Below are positions 52,548 through 64,000 of a DNA stretch of 64,000 nucleotides, piece after piece. The stretch's first letter is position 1. Every line of letters begins with the position of its first letter. The notes under the pieces were generated by a model, which was given only the letters and a program-made list of their open reading frames with translations, did no database searches and was not told the origin of the DNA. The DNA is taken from positions 329,206 to 393,205 of the forward strand of contig NMRA01000125.1 in assembly GCA_002633005.1 (NCBI GenBank). Reading direction: 5' to 3'. Made by a program: the position numbers and the translations under genes. Source of the stretch: Phoronis australis (taxonomy: Eukaryota > Animalia > Phoronida).

Positions 52548-54687
52548 TACGGTGGCTGTAAAAGGACGACATGGCAATTTTTTTCTATCTATATCGATAG
52601 AATTATTATCTCTATCGATAGACTTATAAAAATAAGTAAGTTTATCGACAGAGATTTAACTTACTACCTCCATCAATGGACTTACTATCTCTATCGATAG
52701 ACTTACTAACTCTCTCGATAGACTTACTAACTCTCTCGATAGACTTACTATCTCTTTCGATAGTGTTAGTACTCCTTCAGTCAGCAGACGACATCGGTAG
52801 CGAGACCGAGGTTGGTGCCTCGCTTGTGTGACCATCAAGCTCAATGAGATAACTATCTACATATATAGGTCATTGATCAAGCTTCCGGGGAGGAATTGCT
52901 GATGTCCTTTCGAGGTGATTTGTTTGGTCTGTTAGACGAGCTCTCTAAGCTTGCAAGATGGTGAGTGTTGCTGAACTGCTTACTATTGATCAATTAACGG
53001 ACAGGGAACGCGCACGTAAATCATAATCTGCTTCATTTCGTGGAGTTGCGCCTATTTAGGACGTCTGCGATGTATCATGTCCCACAACACAGCCAAGGTG
53101 CTGAGGGTAATCGGAGTAGTTAAATGATCGTGTATGAATCCCCTGATGTTTTACATCTGCCATACCTCCAACAGGGGTTTACTACTGAATAATAAAACAC
53201 TGGTCCGCCTTGTGTCGGCATACAATACAGATGTAGACACGGCTAACTCATTTTGGCCTAACTTTATCAGCCATTATCCCGAAGTGCACAGACCCTATAT
53301 TTGTTGCTGGACATGGAAATTGGCGACCATTTTTATACCTTACAATTCTATGGTTTAAAAGTTTGTCAGTATTTGGGTAAACAAGATACCCTTAAGCTAG
53401 TTTTCAGAGTCAGTCATTGCTAATACGTTTCCAATATTGTCTGAAATCATGGTTCTTAGATCACTACACTGTTGGTTTCAAGTTTGACAGTATGCTGGCT
53501 TTTGCTGTGGCTCAGGAACTCATATGGAGGCACCGAACAGACTGCTGAGTTGTTGAAATTGTTTCTTTAGTTGAAAAGCTTCAGTAACGTACATGTTGAT
53601 TTATTGTGTTGCGAGTGTAGGGGTACTAACTGTAAGCAAGACAGGTGTGATGGATTTAAGTTCTTCTTGTTTCAATAAAATTTGAATTAGCATATATGAT
53701 TTATTTTGTTATACATGTATATACATATGGTGATGCGTTAACTATAAGCAAGATGCACGTTCGTGTAAGAAGGTTTTTTGGATCGAGTTAGCGATTCGTT
53801 ACTTTCAGAAGGTTAGACCTATCGGCAATAGCTCCATTTTTGAAAGTGTGCTGACCATTGCAACGAGGTGCCATATTTAAACCGCCGGTTTATAATATCA
53901 CATGTGCCATCAGTTTGTGTGCCCTTGCCAGTAAGACAGTATTGATACTTTTTGAGCCTTGTTGTTATTGAGTGATATGGAGTTACTGGATTTAAGAGCT
54001 TTATTTTCACAATAAATGCATTTGCGTTTCACTCTGCAAACATTCACACCTGGTATCAAAAGTGTATATATAAACGAAAAGTGTAGCATATAAACTAAAT
54101 GTTTGAATTCGTCATGAGCAATTATTTATTATAAGACCTCAAGGGAGTACGGGACAAAACACAATGAACAAGCGGCAATAGACAAATTAAAATTAAATTA
54201 AAAGGCTCTGGTGACAGAACTAGTCATGAGAAAGGAGTCCTACAACGAAAATGGATTTTCACTGGGATATGACTCTTTGTTAGGCTCATTCTTTTGAAAA
54301 TATATCCTCCAAACTAGTCTCGATAAAGATAGTAAGTCTATCGATAGGGATAAGTCTGTTGATAGAGTTACTAAGTCTGTCGATAGAGTTAATGAGTCTA
54401 TCGATGGAGATAGTAAGTCTATCGATAGAGATAGCAAGTCTATCGATAGAGATAATAAGTGTCGATAGAGTTAGTAAGTTTATCGATAGAGATAGTAAGT
54501 GTATCGATAGAGTTAATCAGTCTGTCGAGAGAATTAATGAGTCTATCGATAGAGATAGTAAGTATATCGATAGAGTTACTAAGTCCAAAGATAGAGTTAA
54601 TGAGTCTGTCGATAGAGATAGTAAGTCTATCGATAGATTTGGCATCGGAGAAAAAAATTGCCGTGGCGTCCTTTTACAGCTACCGTA
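52548..54687. mobile_element. Uninterrupted copy (~2.14 kb) of the TACGG...CCGTA TIR element with 21-bp subterminal arrays
   Basis: TACGGTGGCTGTAAAAGGACG at 52548 and CGTCCTTTTACAGCTACCGTA ending at 54687; arrays at about 52590-52765 and 54320-54638. Confidence 0.62.
54320..54638. repeat. 21-bp tandem array (GATAGTAAGTCTATCGATAGA) with a palindromic TCTATCGATAGA core, about 15 units
   Basis: Directly visible; explains the SLSIE-repeat ORFs. Confidence 0.92.
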
Positions 54688-55712
54688 GTTTTAACTGCAA
54701 TCGAGTCGTGATTGTTCAACCTTTCACGTCTAATTCGAATCTACCGCATCTGATTCACTCTCTGCGTCCGAAGACGAAGTGATCAACGTCATGGATTCGG
54801 AGTCCGAGCAAGCAATACAGCTTCTTCGGCAGTATGACATCCGACAGAATTTGCACTATAACCCGCGTGCAAAATAGGAGTGTTTTTTAATCATTGAAGG
54901 TGCGCATATCCGGGACAACATAATCAACGCAAGTTCTGCTCAAATGTTCAGCATGTAGGCGCATGCACCAAAGTCCCACAATTAGGCGCGGTTCCGCAAT
55001 TAGGCATGTGCGCCTAATCGTGGGCTATTTCGGTATTTCGAAACATACTTGTTTAACTCTAAAGTGGAAATAAAATGACGTAGTACTAACCCCACAGGGC
55101 AAAAGCTAGTAACATACACAGTGGAACACGGCAGGTGTGATGGACTGCAACAGGAAGCTAACGACCCAAATGAAAACGATGTTCATGATTAACGTTGCGA
55201 TTTAATAGCTTAAATCATCATCAGGTATGAGTCACATCCTCTACATCACTTCACAATAACAGTCAACTTTACATCAATTAAAGTGGACAATACTACAAAT
55301 GAGAAGTATGATAGATAGACATCCAGGGAACGAAATGAATTCAACTATCAACTACCACAACCGAAGCCTGAAAGCCCCTTTGTTCCTATTCAAGCTGTAC
55401 TCATTCTCATTGATGTGTAACGCTTCATTTTCATTTTGTCGATACTGTTCATCATAGAGAACTCTTGAGATATGGATCTATTCAATCAGCGAGTTCTCTC
55501 CAAAATAAGTCAACATACCCGACAACTCCACTAGTCATTCCTTACAAGCACCGACCTGTGGCCCTGGCTGGATTCCGGGAATAATTCGGCCTCTGATATC
55601 TTTTCATCTCCATTAGTCTGTCTGTGTGAAGCAATAAAATTAGGGTTGAGTTGATAACTACAACACAGTCGAGCAGACAGCCGAAGTCAACAGAGCAAAC
55701 TCTCACTAGTCT

Positions 55713-56016
55713 CATAGGCGGATTTAGGGAGGGGGGGGCAGGGGGCCGCCCTCCCCCCCCTTGGCTGCCGCAAGCAAAATGAAACAGCAACAGCGTGAAG
55801 CGTGAGGAAATATTGAGTTCAGAAACTAGGACCGGCAGCGGACGAGGGGTGGGCTCAAAAACCAGATCGCGGTGGAATTGTGTTCTCGATTTTTTTTAGT
55901 CCACCAACAGAACGCGTGCCCGGCTCTGCAACCTTCGGGCTGCCTGTGTACATACACACCACTCCCCGAGGCAACATGTTGGGCCCCCCCCTTATGGTAT
56001 CCTAGATCAGCCACTG
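55713..56016. mobile_element. ~300-bp hAT-like MITE with an apparent 5-bp target duplication (AGTCT)
   Basis: Ends CATAGGCGGATTTAGG / CCTAGATCAGCCACTG with G/C-run subterminals; AGTCT immediately before and after. Confidence 0.55.
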
Positions 56017-56424
56017 AGTCTCGGGATCGCAATGCTGTGCGTGAACTTGGGATATTGCTTAATCTCAAGATAACGTTTGCGTGAACTTGGAATACACCGT
56101 GGAACTTGTAAAGTTTACTCAAAAAATCCCGTTCACATTGATAAAAATGTACACAACACTAATGCAAATTACATTTTCATCAAACTATGTAAATTTTAAC
56201 CAATCTTTTTCAAATTTTGGCGATTTTATTTACCAAACGAAAATGATCATTAACCATTCACACATTCCTCCAATTCTATGACACAAGTACCAGTCAAGGA
56301 AAAAATGGGTGATTGTGAAGCCAATAACTGCAAAAAATCTCTAAAATGAATAAAACAGTTTAATTTATTGACTTAATGAATACTCAATTCCAAGTACACG
56401 TATACGCGATCTTGAGAGTAAGCA

Positions 56425-58414
56425 ATAGGTCTCGTGCGGAAAAGTCAAGTCTAAAAATGGCCCCGTGCACCCCCCGGACTCCCAACTTAAAAGTTGCATT
56501 TTTGCAAAGAGCAACATGCGTGAAAACCGAAAAAAGATGTCAACAAGTCGAAAAAGTGTCTCACGTGCGTCTTGTGTGCAAGTTATTGCCGCCATGACTG
56601 ATTGTTTGTTATTTGATGATTTCTCACTTTCTTGTTACTGTAAGTGAACAAATCAAGAGTCAAAACCGATATTTTGAGGGTCAAGCACTACGACAGAATA
56701 ATTTTTTTCATGAGCTATTGCATTTGATTTGTATTACTGTATTGTTGTTATTTACAACCGATAATACATTTGGAAGTGTGCATATGCCAATATGTGCAAC
56801 TTTCAGTGTTTTTATCATCAGCTTTTTAATGAGCCAGATTTACACAAACGTTTTAAATATCTCAAGGAAAAATGCAGGGAAATGCCGATTGCAGAAATGT
56901 GGGCAATCATTAGGTTTTGGTGTCACTGCTTACATGTTCCATCACTTCATGTCATCACTTTCCGTGAAACTTCCATACAGCTCGTTACGTGACCAAAAGA
57001 CCAGTCAGTGAGTTTGGTAAGATGTGACCACACGACCACACAGGTTATAATACCCCCTCGTCAGTCTGCACCCTTGTCCTTCGTCATAAGATTTTGGCTG
57101 TTCAATTATGAGTTCACAGGCGCGCTTGTACAAAGCGACATGACGATTTACACGTTGTATGTGAGTTTTTAGTGCAAACATGCACGGGGAAATTCGAGCA
57201 AAGTCATTCTTGGTCTTGTAAGTGAGAATTTCATCTCCACCAACCGATTTGCGAAACATCTTGGCACGAGCACCATCTGTTGACGTCTCACTACTCTGGC
57301 CATACACGAGACAGGTGAACTCTCCCAACTTCATTCAGAACTTCAGAACTTAAATCAAACTCACTGCCACGTTGCCTGAAAGCACGGTGAAAGTTTGGAT
57401 TCTTAACTTCTCAAGGGGCCCAACCTTTCCTTTACCTTCAAACGCACTGACTCAATCTTCTCCAGTGTATACATACACCCAAGTAGGGCTTCCCAATGAT
57501 TTTGCCATTGCGGAGAGCTTCAGTAGTTGCCGATGTTTTCTAGACCCTGTATCTAGATATACAGTCAATTTTATAGCGCGAGCATGATGCAACTGAATGA
57601 TAGATCCCAGTGCCAGGGGTTCTATAACGACGGCGGTTCTGTACACAAGTGAAACGGTGTACTGTGGTACAAAACAATTCATGTGTCAACCTCTTCTTAG
57701 TTGTGAATATTTAAATGAAAAGAGTCTCTTATTACAATAACTCATTTTAGTTTAGCTACCTTTCTTTGTGACGACGGAAGAGCGACTTTCTTGTTGCCTG
57801 GGTCCATGGTCTTGAACTTATTCCTTCCTGTGGGCTGGAAAAACTCTATTTTTCTGTCCTGTAAGCATGGCAACAATAATTGTGTCTGCACCTTTAACAA
57901 CAACTGAACGTCGGCTCCGAGGACATATTTTTCAATGTCCAAACACTGTTTCATATATTGAACCTAAAATGTATCTTTGGTTGGACTGAAACATTTAACA
58001 TAATGCCACAGTTTATTTTTATTTACATGTATGCTATTAACATTGAAGACCTGAGTTTGGATAAAAGTAGTGAATTTTCATGCCCCACACAGTATTTCTG
58101 TTCCATATGTTGAGTGTTTTGTACCTGAACCATACATAAGGTATCGTATTATCACTTACTTGTAGTCCTAATTTATTGTTTGACCACAAAATATAAGTCC
58201 ATAAACTTAGTTCTTTCAATTATGTGAAATAGTCGGCAACATATTGCAAAATAACGCAAAATCGCTAATGGCCGCACTAGTTTGCATAAAAAACATACGT
58301 GGGACATTTTTCGGCTCATCGTTTTTCCGTTTTCATACAAATTTTTTCATAAAAATTCAACTTGAAATGTGAAGTCCGGGCGGTGCTACACTAGAAGTTG
58401 GCGTTCCAGGGTTA
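56425..58414 (-). mobile_element. Degenerate, internally deleted Academ-like DNA transposon
   Basis: Minus-strand remnants YTGED*VSAFEGKGK (cf. TGCD.VSAF.GKGK) and ISPCMFALKTHIQRVNRHVALYKRA (cf. LPPC...L..HI.RANYQ..IWK.A); diverged ~120 bp inverted subterminal repeats at about 56466-56595 and 58268-58386. Confidence 0.7.
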
Positions 58415-59260
58415 GATTTCTATAACAAGACATTGGTATAATCAGATTATTTTGGCAGCACGTTTTCTTTAGGACATGGTTTGTTAAACACCACGTCCTG
58501 TTTGCAATTACCGGAACTCTTTAGCTGTCCTGAGATCTTGCGTTATGTGTACTATCAGTTTGTGCAAAAAGTGTCCCAAACTCATAACATTAAGAAAACT
58601 AAATAAAGTCAATAATTTTGGTGTCATTTTCAAGTCACTTGATATAATATTACCTACTATAAAATTGTCTGTCACTTCATCTAGTTCGTGTGTGGTTTAA
58701 TCAAATATCCGATTTATTTTTGCTGATTACCTTAATACTTGTCATTTCAATACTCATTTAAAAATGCTCCACATTCAATGCATACCCGACCGATAACCTC
58801 TTCAACTGAGCTAGTCAAAACGTGAGAAAATCCTGTGTCCTGCTGAATGAGAACAAGTGACAGAAATTTAAAAGGGCGGACTCCAGCATTTGGAAGCGCT
58901 GTTTGTCACTTTTCTGTCCAAAGAATTCGAGTGTTTTGCTCTAGTATCAACATGGGCGGCGCACCGTAGGGGACTAGGATCAGCCCGAAACTTATATTTT
59001 TTGTTTTCTGTTGTCCATATTTCGATTTAACTGGCGATAGTCTGTAGGAAAATATTCTCTTTTTATACACAGTCTTTGTCCGCTTTTTGAGCTGCAGTGC
59101 TTAGTTCTGGGGTCTGTTTCATAGAAAGTGACTGAAGAAGCAAGTCGGGAATTTTGTCTTGCGCGCCACACAACATTTTTTTAATAATAAGTAAAAGAAT
59201 ATCACTTGCAAAAAATGCAGTCTCATGACCTACGTCTAAATACACTTTTCGTGAAGCCCT

Positions 59261-59494
59261 GGGCCTCGTTCCAAGAAACTGACTTACGTTCATTTTTAAC
59301 TGAAGTCTAAGACTTGTCTCAGCCTCCAAACTTTGAAACTTCCACATCCGATAAGTAAGTCAAAATTAGGCAAGACTTAAGATCTCTGTTTTGAAACAGA
59401 CAGGACAAATTTAACTTTTGTCTTAAAATCTTAAAATTGGATGAAACTGAATTAAGATTTGTCTTAGATAAGTCAGGTTTGTTGGAACGTGCCC
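59261..59494. mobile_element. PIF/Harbinger-like MITE
   Basis: Imperfect TIR GGGCCTCGTTCCAAGAAAC / GTTTGTTGGAACGTGCCC flanked by CTG and CAG. Confidence 0.6.
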
Positions 59495-62400
59495 CAGGAC
59501 TGCTGAATTAAAGTATTTACGAGCGACAGACTCTATCGATATAAGTTAATTAGTCCATCGATAGAGCCAATAGTAAAGGAACTAGAGTTGACAATGTCGA
59601 CAAAAAAAACGAGATCTCGAGTGACAGGAGTTCCCGCCACTTAAATAGCCCACCATCTTATTGAAGGAGACTGACGTGTCTGAAAATCTAGGAATGTATG
59701 TAAATACGGTAAAGCAGACCAGGTTCAAGCAGTAATAGTGTTTTCCGATATGAGGCAATTTTCAGAAATAGGCAATGTCAAATTGTATTTCCTAAATTAC
59801 TACATGCTCTCAAGTATTTCCAAACAAACCCATTTAAATATTAATGCATTTTGATTTTATTCGAAATCAACAAGTTAAAAGCTCTCTCCTACTCTGATCG
59901 AATACTATCACTACTTGTCGGATTAGTGTTTTTTGTAACCTGCAGAGACACAAGAAAACAACAGGTCGAGCAACAGAGTCCTGCAGCCAGAAATCCTGGA
60001 TGGAAGATGAAACACCAAATTACCATGTTCAGTGTGTTTCATACACAAGCGCATTAGAAAAGATGATTCTTTGGAATTAGGTTAGTTCCAATGAAAACTG
60101 CCATAGATAACAAAAAGCATTAAATTCCCCAAGGAGGCCAATAGGCTTGCTGGGTATGAGCAGTGAATTTAAAGCACTTTGTTGAAAAGGCCTGTGGAAG
60201 GCCTAAATAACGTGTCGGTCTTTTTGGAGGAAATGTATTTCTCTTAATTCGCATATCACAGTCCTGCTATCATTATTAATGTTTTTGTTGGTAGTTCATG
60301 CAGTTTTATCCCATAGATCATCGTAGTTGATCGCTACAATTTTCCCCAAATAACCCCCAGGGTTTTTTAGTGTAAAGCTCTAGATAACATTGTGTTGTGA
60401 TTGATAACGTATTCGTATAGCGACAAAGCGTCTGCTAACCATTGGACTGTGATTGCTATTGAACAGTTCCCCGAAATTTGATTTTCCAGTCAGCTGCAAC
60501 TTTTTACTCCTTATTTTATATTGACCTAAATCCATGTTCTTTAGTGTAAGGCTCTTGAAGACATTGCGTTGTGATTGGTATCGTATTCGTATAGCGACAA
60601 AGCTTATACTAACCATTGGAGTGTGATTCCTATTGAACAGTTTTCCGAAATTCAATTTTCCAGTCATCTGCAACTTTATGTTTTATCCTTTATCGTAAAC
60701 TGACATAAATCCAGGGCATTTACATTGACAATTACAAAACATGCTTCCGAAAATCATATGGCTGGCCAGTTGTTCAACTTAAAGACATGTAATCTCTCAA
60801 TTTCAAAAAGTTGTTGAAACTGATGCTGCTATAGCAAGATCAATTCGTCAATACTTCTCCGGTCCTTTCCGACCAAATCGTACAAAGTTATTTATTACCA
60901 TTCTCGCCCAATGGCTACGTTGTTTGAAATCAAAATTGCTCCGGAGGTCCCCAAAACTGGTTTATCACAGTTTTGCAAAAGACATTTGGTATAAAATGTA
61001 AATATGTTCCTTCTTTATTTTTTGCAACATCAACTGTAAAATTGTTCCTACAAAAACGTCTCATTTACAAAAACGTCTCATTTTTGTAGATATTTTAAAG
61101 CTAATAACCACCATGATTGGGGTACCTTGTGAAAAATCAAAGAAGGTCAAATAAACAATTGATTCTGGTCTGAGTTTTTCTAGAATTGTTGGAGTGATGC
61201 GATATTTTTTATTACACATTTTTCAAAAAAATCACCCGACATGAGCTTAAGTGACGCGGGATTTCCCGCCATCTTTAGCAGGCTAGTGAAAACGGGGTGG
61301 ATGTATTCCAGTCTACGAGAGAGCCGGGCTGGGCGAGACTCAAAGCCACACCACTTGGTGTTTGTCGCCAAGTTCCCAAGCCACTTTGTTCAAATACCGT
61401 ACTTCCTTAGATACCAATTTACTGAGAGCTTTTGAAAAAGATCTGCGAAAGTGATGCGAACAGGAGTCTTTTATCTTGAAACAATGAGACTCTAGTTTCA
61501 AATGAGCCAAGCTCACAACATGCTATTTTCACCGGCCTAACACTTTGAATAAAGTTTCTGAAAAGTCTGTGAATTCGTAGAGAAAGAATAACCAAGATAT
61601 AATACCAAACAGTTCATAGAGGTTGAGGAAACTAAAGCAAAAATTACTACTCTCCTGTCCTGTGCTCAGTAGTGTTGAAATTTTCGACTACTGAACGGTA
61701 GGTTTCTCCTGTAGAATTATGCACCAACTTCTGGACACATCAATGATTAATGCTGGCTTACACAAGGATTCACAATCGACAATTCTGAATACTAGCTATA
61801 GCATTTGCAATACATGGTTTTATCGAATCAAATCAATCCCCAAATGTCACGTATTGGCCGACTGCCAACTGAGTAGCAACGTACGTGGACAAACCCCGCC
61901 TATGACAAAGTGCGTTATTATCTGTTTTACGCCCAACACACAAACTTCTTACCACATTTCATGTTTAAAAGGTACAATACTACACAGCGCTGCATTTCTA
62001 GGATTGTACTGTTGCCGAGTTGCACGAAATCAACACTGAATGATCCTTCAAGGACGTATCCCGTCAAATATCGTTGGCCAAGTGGGTGAACGATGTGTAC
62101 GTAGTGTGCGCAAACTAAGTATTACCAACAGCGTTAATTCATTCTTTAAGGCGTAGATTTCAATCTTCTATTTTAAAATGTTGGCGGCATAAATTCATGA
62201 TAGGCCGTTCGTTGGGGGAAAATGTCGCCATATAATTACGCACGTAATTACAAGCGTAAATCAAATGGGGGTATAGTGTCGCCTTGAATTATGATCTCTC
62301 CGCTTGACAGTTCGTAACAGGTATCACACGGCATCACAACTGCATCATGTGAACATTTGGCAACTGCTCCTTCAGGAAATGTTTTAACATTGTTTGCCGC

Positions 62401-64000
62401 AAACATTTTCAAGTCTGGTCTGCACGCCACCATTTATCTATATCACGTGATCTAATGACGTGTTTTAATGTTTAAATTAATTAGTGAGGCTGAATAGATC
62501 TCCCCCCCTGCTCGCTATATCTCGAGCTATGTCGACTTGTGATTGATAGCTTGAGAGTTTCGAATATCGATGACAAGCTAGTAGCACTTACTCAACTGAA
62601 TTAGGGTGGCCAGCGGGTTAGTTAATTGAGTCTCTTCAAAAAGCGGAAAACTCCAAGCCCTGTAGCAGTGTGCCCTTGAAAACGTGATAATCATCATCAT
62701 AAGATTGCATAAGTCCGAACAAATTGTTACGCAAAAATTTTCAAGTGCAACAGATGTTTAAATTCAAGGAAACTGCATTTCTCCAGAGAAGCGTCTCTGT
62801 TAGAGAATATAAATCCACTTGTCGCTTTCTCTCTTATTTGAAATTGGGAACCAAGCGGATACATGAGGTACCTTCAGGTAGCATCAATCGCAGGTCATTT
62901 CATAGCATTACATCTAATTCACGCTTAGTCCGTATTCCAGACGACACCGGTTTGCAGAGCCATTATATCAATCTTTCTTTTGTTAAACACCAAGCCCAGT
63001 CTCTTTTTCGACGTCACGATGCCGAACGCCAATTATCTACCATGCTGAATGAATGCATTAGTGACTTTTAACCAATATTGGACTATTCCGAAGAGACCTC
63101 AGACGAAAAAGGTATCCTTTTGTACAGAGTGTGAACGGGAAAGTGACCCTTCCGGGCGGCACACCACGCATATCCCACACATTACAACTCCTATGTATTC
63201 CCGCCTTGTAAGTCAGTGTTCCAACTTAGTGGTGGTGTATCTTTTTGTTGGGACAATCTATGAACTTCTCTCAGCCTGTGGTTTTATTGCGTATCATTAG
63301 GAATACTATCTGTCCAATAAAAAAGAAGAGAAAGCAAGTTCCACCCAAATCATGAACCAAACGCATTTAATGGTTATGAAACATAAAATTGCATATCCGG
63401 GGTTTTTAATAGAAATCGGGGTTTACAACAGTGCCGAAAGTGATGACTGCTTACTCTCCAATAGACACATCTCTCTAATAGATGTTGGGCTTCCAACGTG
63501 AACCGACTTTGGAAAGAATGTCTTTGAAATAGGTGATTTCTCTGGTTACCACAGTTTCTAATAAAAGTCGTTCTTTAACAGAGTAGCAAGTATGATACTA
63601 AACCATAACGCTAAACCCTCGTGAGAGACCGCCCCGAGTTGGCTGCTGGAGCATCTCGGGGCGGTCTGGGATCAAGCGGAAAAACCACAGGGTAAATCTG
63701 TGGTCGACGAATCTATTCGGTCGATTACATTTTATTGCCCGTGAAGCCGCTAAGGGCTGCCTGAAGAAATATGACTCGCGCGTTTGTATTTTCGCCTTTT
63801 TCAATGACATGTAAAAGATTCATCAACAAATTCCTCGTAAAATTCTGAAAACAAGCGTTTTTCTCCCACTAAAATCGATGAAGTTTTGGCCGAGATAGTT
63901 CACTTTCAGTCCAGGCTAGCCCTGCACACTCGGAGAATCGTCACACAAGATTACTACGCGGTAATGCGGTTTCACTGTCAACAAAGGAAGACGTCAAAAT

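Larger units (their letters stand above)
46134..62583 (-). repeat. Right arm of the large diverged inverted duplication, including arm-specific sequence
   Basis: Reverse complement of 30137-41150; mirrored ORF pairs such as 37677+/49889-, 36936+/50568-, 40019-/47122+, 30663-/61719+ and 31801+/60380-. Confidence 0.93.

Noticed and set aside
35376-53358. Conserved small ORF pairs between the arms (e.g. 35376-/53134+, 36936+/50568-, 37677+/49889-, 40019-/47122+)
   Set aside because: The conservation simply reflects the DNA duplication; no motifs or splice structure support coding
54240-54782. SLSIE-repeat, coiled-coil-like ORFs
   Set aside because: They are translations of the 21-bp palindromic array
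61315-61375. Possible tRNA or SINE B-box-like segment on the minus strand
   Set aside because: Too degenerate; no A box or cloverleaf can be supported
30137-62583. The whole palindrome as one giant foldback transposon or Maverick/Polinton
   Set aside because: No target-site duplication and no polymerase, integrase or capsid ORFs; the arms contain ordinary host gene and intron sequence

Overview
This is AT-rich, intron-containing eukaryotic DNA, probably from a marine invertebrate; the species cannot be called from the sequence. Positions 229-26440 (+) hold the 3' part of a CFAP46/TTC40-like ciliary gene: 24 phase-consistent exons (about 1,090 codons), one candidate microexon and one U12-type minor-spliceosome intron. 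A decayed L1/Tx1-type ORF2 follows at about 27620-30110. The largest structure is a diverged inverted duplication of about 32 kb, with a left arm at ~30137-41150 and a right arm at ~46134-62583. The ~5 kb spacer between the arms contains an assembly gap. Each arm carries one copy of a secreted EPN/WND C-type lectin gene, and the two copies converge. The arms act as mutual empty-site controls for arm-specific events. These are a 5'-truncated Ngaro/DIRS-type tyrosine-recombinase retroelement, a Harbinger-like MITE, loss of the lectin start codon in the left arm, and a 5.3 kb block with an Academ remnant found only in the right arm. Two ~1.17 kb tandem duplications joined by a single N are most likely assembly overlaps. 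I found no rRNA, tRNA or CRISPR features. Family assignments come from motif recognition, not from database searches.
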